Source of the DNA: Macrostomum hystrix
Taxonomy: Eukaryota; Animalia; Platyhelminthes
Length of the DNA: 64,000 bases
Assembly (NCBI GenBank): GCA_950097015.1
Contig: CATNEN010000033.1
Location: 4,402,001 to 4,466,000, forward strand
Direction of reading: 5' to 3'
Under the pieces are notes generated by a model. The model was given only the letters and a program-made list of their open reading frames with translations, ran no database searches and had not been told where the DNA came from. The position numbers and the translations under genes were made by a program. Positions 58,902 through 64,000 of the stretch are shown one piece after another (position 1 is the stretch's first letter; each line of letters starts with the position of its first letter).

Positions 58902-59190
58902 GGGTGAAATCTCATCAACCGAACAAGAAAGTGTCATTTTCAAACATTCCATGTTTGATAACAAAAAAACTAAACAAGATAAGAAAATCTAATTTACCGG
59001 TAGGCCTACTTGTTAAAAACAATTTTATCTTTCAAATGAAAGTCTACTCATCTAAATCGGTTAACTACAAAAAAAGTTGTGTCTATTTTTGTTTCAATTC
59101 CGAACAATGAATTTCCCATTTCATCAAACCGAATGATGTTTCTGATGTTCCGTTTTGATGAGACGTTGTTCGGTTGATGAGATTTCACCC
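58902..59190. mobile_element. 289-bp MITE, TA-flanked, related to 18415-19057
   Basis: Perfect 25-bp TIR GGGTGAAATCTCATCAACCGAACAA with TA on both sides. Confidence 0.85.
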
Positions 59191-60223
59191 TACTGTCTTT
59201 ATGTCAATCTTATAAATATCTTTAATTATTTGCTTTATGTATTTCTTATCTCAATTCAAATTGGTAGCATTTAGGTATTCAAATATGGTAGCGTTATGTA
59301 TTCAATCTGGTAGCGTTTACAATATGGCCGGTATTTATCTTCTCTATTTGTTTACTTATAACTTTTTCTATATCAGTCTTTATTCGTCTTTATCCGTTTT
59401 TATCACTCTTCACTTACTCTTAAATTTCAGTCTTAAATTCAATCTTTAATTCAGTCTTTAATTCAGTCTTTTATTCAGTCTTCAGTTCAGTCTTCAGTTC
59501 AGTCTTTCAGTCTGTCTTGGGCTTTCCAGTGGATCTAGAGTTACAGCTATTCTCCACTCTGGTTACTTTTCTTTTGCAATGTCTCTTTCAAATAACTCTT
59601 TAACACGAACACTTATAAATTCAAGCTTTCTTTATCAGAATGTATGTGCAGACAAAACGTTTTTTTCTCCCTGATTCTGCTTGTGTATTTATAGCAAATT
59701 TCTTCCTCCTCACTTCATTATAACTTCTTAAATTTTATGCGCGGTGAATTTAAACAAAATCGGTGCATTAAAACAAAAGTTGGTGCATTTAAACAAAAAT
59801 ACTAATTTTCGCGGGAAAATATTTCTAGGAAACAAGGCCTATCTCATATATATACCATATATGAACTGAAAAGTCTACAGTTTTTTAAAGTCACAATTAA
59901 AATGCCTCTTAAGTTATGCCTCTTATGCCTCTTATTAAAACGCCTCACAACAAAAATTAGTGGCATAGCATGTCTATGTATATTATATTTAAGGAAGTGT
60001 TACATAGCATTTTTAAGCATTTTTGGTTTTTTATACATATTTGTCAATTGTTATAATTTATTTATTTGCAAAGTTTTCTTGAACTTAGCTCTGACTTAGC
60101 TTTTAGCTGGTAAATTTATATGGCTAGCAATGTAAAGTAGTTCAAACAATATATGTCCAGAGGTCAAGATATTCACAATATAACCAGACAAAGACTTAAG
60201 TGTAATTCTTGGATATGACAGAC

Positions 60224-60710
60224 GGTCCCAGGTCATTTCGGTGACAAGACATTTTGGTGACAGTCATTTCGGTGACAACTCAAGTCATTTCAGTGACACA
60301 ATTGGTCAGATTGGTGACAACTATTTTTGTACCTAAATATGCTAAAAAACTGCCTTCCATTTTAGCTATGCACACATATAAATAATTAATTAAATAATGC
60401 TATAAGTATTAATCAGAAGCTGCATTGCTCTGATTAAGTCTGGGTTTTACTTTAAATGAGTTAAATTATTAAATTATTTAATGAGTAGCCAATAGTTTCA
60501 ATAGTTATTTGTTCCTAATTAAATGTGTATAATAATCACTTTTCAAGTTTTGGATTGACAAGGCGAGTGCAGGCTTTAAGCAGCTACTGGATCGTGGAAG
60601 GCTGTTTTCTCAGCATATTTAGGTGCAAAAATAGTTGTCACCGAACTGACCAATTCTGTCACCGAAATGACTGTCACCGAAATGTCTTGTCACTGAAATG
60701 ACCTGGGACC
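60224..60710. mobile_element. 487-bp non-autonomous TIR element with 8-bp TSD (MULE/Foldback- or Merlin-like)
   Basis: TIRs of about 100-110 bp starting GGTCCCAGGTCATTTC and containing tandem GTCATTTCGGTGAC units. TSD TGACAGAC at 60216-60223 and 60711-60718. Confidence 0.9.
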
Positions 60711-61396
60711 TGACAGACTACATCATTTTTGCAAATGTATGGTCTCTTAATTTGTTAAACTTTTTGTAAGAAATTGGTTTCAGAGCTATTAGATAGTACT
60801 AGATTACATATTTTATCATAAAAGTATGTTTTTCATAGCATTTATAAAATTCTTAGTTTTTTTCATAAAGTTGTATCATCCATTTTTGATACCCAAGCCA
60901 AAGCTAGCTTTGTTAAGATTTTCATAATTTTATTTAGAACCTACTTCATATTTTTCTTTTTGGTTGTCCTGCCATAGCTATAGCTGTTTGTTGCCCACCT
61001 TACCACCTGTTTTGCACATCTTGCCAAAATTAGTTTGGAAGATGATATTTTCAATTTTATAGTTTAAAATTAAACTAATTGAACTTTTTAGTCCCTGTGA
61101 CATTGAACTAAAAAGCACATTCTACGTATGTGAAAGTCAAAGTAAATAAACATTTTGTTAACTTTGATTTTCAAATTAATTAGTAGGGCCTAATTGAACT
61201 TGAAACTTACCAGTAAATATATAGAAAATTATTTCACTTATTAATACAAGACACCTTGAATATTTTAACACTTTAGCAAGATGCACAACACATTGCATTG
61301 TATTATTTCAGTTTGAGTAAAATCAAAATTGCTAGCTAATAATTTATTACACCTTCCTGATTGGGCCTAATGTACTGTCAAGATCATAGCCACAGC

Positions 61397-64000
61397 TAGG
61401 GGTGTTTCAGGTTTCCATTTTTTCCGGGTTTGGGGTATTCCCCGAACCCAATACACTGACCCCAAACCCAGAACCCGACCCAAGCCCTTAACCCCGAACC
61501 CGGAACCCAACCCAGACTTAAAACCCGACCCGACCCTGAACTTTACCCGATTATCTCCTGGACTTGGAGTCATGGTTGAGGACAGTATGCTTGTCTTATA
61601 ATACCAGTATTCTGCCTTTTCCTCTTTCTACTTTTCAATTGTTAACTCTTCTCCCCACTATGACTACACTACTCAACTCCTCAGTTGTACTCTTCACTTC
61701 ACCCTCAGCTCCTCAAGGCCTCAGGCAGGTTTTATGTTAATAATTCATATTTAAGTTCCAGACATGTGAATGAATAAAAAACTGGAATAGAAGATGAAGA
61801 AGTTTTGAGTTATTATTATTAAAAAGTTGCTAATTTGCTACTGTTTCAGCAAAACAAAACAATTTTATTTTATTGCTTGTTTACGTTAACTTGTGAAATT
61901 GGGTGCATTAATTGAGAAAATGGTAAATGTGAGCAAATTAAAAATAGCACAACATCAAGCAATGAGCGCATTAGTTGAGATTGAGACAAGTGACTAATGT
62001 GGGGAAATGAGAGAAGGATCAAGCAATGCACATATTTAAAATAAAAGACAGTTTGCTGGGCAATCATTCCAGTTACTCATCACTCATCAGTAATCAGTCC
62101 AATTTGTGTGGAAGTCACCGGATGAGCGCCCATCCTGGATGATAGCTTTTATTGCAGCCTCGTCAAGCTTCTTCACAAATGCACTGGACAGTTCTTGAAC
62201 TCTATGCTTCATAGATCCCGTTGGTCCTGTGACAGCAGTAGCAGTACGAGTAGTAGAAGTGCTGGCAAAACTGCCTGTTATTTTCATTTGTATCATTGGT
62301 ATTGAAGGCTTGAAGACTGTTGAAGGTGTTGGAGAAGGTGTTGAAGACTGTTCATGTTCTTGTCTAGCTTCTGTTGCATTATTGCCTTCACAGGGCATGG
62401 AAGTAGAGTCAGTATTGACAATAAATAGCTTGTGTTGGCTTCGGAGATGGCTTAGCATTGACTTAGTAGATCCATCCTTTTGAAGCTTAATCAATGCATT
62501 GCATTCTTTGCAAATAGCATGCTATTTGTCATCAGTCTTTTTGAAATGATTCCAAACATTAGACTTCATGTCTAGATATTAAGATTATATTAAATTAAGA
62601 AAAATAAAGATTATACGAGGTATATAAAGTTGTATATAATTTAGCTCCATGCTTATGACTTTTGAAGAAGTAATAGTTTCAGGACTTTCTGTATCAAATC
62701 TTTATCAATAGTTTTGTCTAACTAATTGTCTATTCATTTTATTTTTTTGTTTACAGAAAATCTAAAAAACGTTGTAGCATACTATGAGTATCTGCATACA
62801 TTAAAGATGTCATAGTCTACTAAAATTGAAGGCTACATAAATTACTTAATTACTTCAATTACTTTTTTATTTGAAATTTTATACAAAACCATTTTTTGGA
62901 ACTACCAAACCACATTTATTACAGGAATTGAATTAGAAATAATAGGCTAGAGATTAATTTAACAGAGGCACATATTCACTAGCACCTATATATTAATTTA
63001 GAATATATAATTTATATTAAAAAAGAAATAACCTAATACAATTTATGAATTTATTTAAAATATTTAATTCACCTTAGCTTAGCATAAAAAGGTCAATAAG
63101 ATATTGCCTCCTAAAAATAATATGCAAGACAATCACAAAGTAGTATCATATTGTATTTATTTATATGTAGCTAGCAATGCCTAAAAGTTGAACTTAGATA
63201 TATAAATAAATTGCTAGAACTTATATAATCAACTGCTTACTTTTAGATGCTTATGATTTTGATAGACTTTGATTGATTTGATAGATTATGATACACAGTC
63301 AGGTAGACTCTGACCTATCTGACTGTGTTCATATTTATCTGCTCTTATAGTCTCAGACATGCTGCTAGTCAGTAGTCAGCAACAGTGTAGCCCTAGCCCC
63401 TAATACATAAATTATAAGCTAAGGCTAAAAGCAGGGCTAAGGCTAGAGCTAATATGCTAGAAAAATAAACCGCTAAAAACTTTAATGAATGGATGACAGT
63501 AAACGAACCTGCTATATAGAGAATAGATAATCATTAATATGATTTGCTCTGTTTAGTAAAGGTCTACAAGTTCTCTGTTAGCCTGGATGTGGGATTACCT
63601 ACTTAACTAGCTGGCTAGGTCAAAATAAAACATAATTAAAGACATAAGACATAATGCAGTTTAGACTTTAGATATATAGATAATTCCTTTCACTATGGAA
63701 TATTATAATGCAGGGCCGAAAATTCGTAGAATGATATATTTACATTAGAATGATTACTGGATCACGACTATTAAGTCCTTCCTTAGTGCAGTGCATTATG
63801 CGTACGCCAGTTTAGTTCACGAGGTAATTTTTTTGAATTGGCGCGATTCTGAAAGACGCTTTATCACATAATAAGGCAATACTAATTAAGTAAAACTGAA
63901 ATAAAATTAAAAAATCCGGAAACCCCGAATCCGGTGCCAAAACCCGACCTGGACACCTACCCCCGAACCCCGAACCCAGTACCAAAACCCGACCGAAACC
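61397..64000 (-). mobile_element. Internally deleted hAT-superfamily transposon; right end uncertain or beyond the window
   Basis: Terminus TAGGGGTGTTTCAGG at 61397. Clustered AACCCG(A) subterminal repeats at 61440-61550 and 63915-64000. Transposase relic inside. Confidence 0.75.
61900..62569 (-). pseudogene. hAT transposase relic (BED finger with premature stop; catalytic core deleted)
   Basis: MKSNVWNHFKKTDDK*HAICKECNALIKLQKDGSTKSMLSHLRSQH (BED finger; in-frame TAG at 62524-62522), then KKLDEAAIKAIIQDGRSSGDF, a stop, and a C-terminal-like RSLLDVVLFL remnant. Confidence 0.75.

Overview
Eukaryotic (animal) genomic DNA with GC-rich exons in AT-rich, minisatellite-laden introns. The composition and gene content suggest a free-living flatworm of the Macrostomum type; this is inference, not proven. 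Spliced gene models I could assemble by hand with consistent GT-AG phases: a RING-finger gene fragment (-, runs off the left edge), Na+/K+-ATPase beta subunit (+, 3 exons), an intronless orphan rhodopsin-class GPCR (-), a 2-exon orphan ORF (+), a divergent beta-catenin/armadillo paralogue (+, 6 exons, 21196-39642), two tandem CUB-like/C-type-lectin single-pass receptors (+), a polyQ C2H2 zinc-finger gene, TMX2 and COPS4 (all +). Intron 4 of the beta-catenin gene contains a 12.2-kb head-to-tail pair of non-autonomous Helitrons (TC...hairpin-CTAG, A^T target), each carrying 18-bp and 23-bp tandem arrays. Other mobile DNA: a Foldback/MULE-type element with a 9-bp TSD, several MITEs, a tRNA-headed SINE family and a decayed hAT transposon. 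Most notable observations: a receptor gene whose signal peptide has no genomic in-frame ATG and may need a spliced-leader AUG; a beta-catenin lacking the GSK3/beta-TrCP degron; the Helitron tandem acting as a satellite carrier; and a shared GATTC core in many otherwise unrelated minisatellites. No CRISPR array, rRNA gene or convincing tRNA gene was seen. Most long ORFs in the supplied track that lie inside repeats are artefacts.
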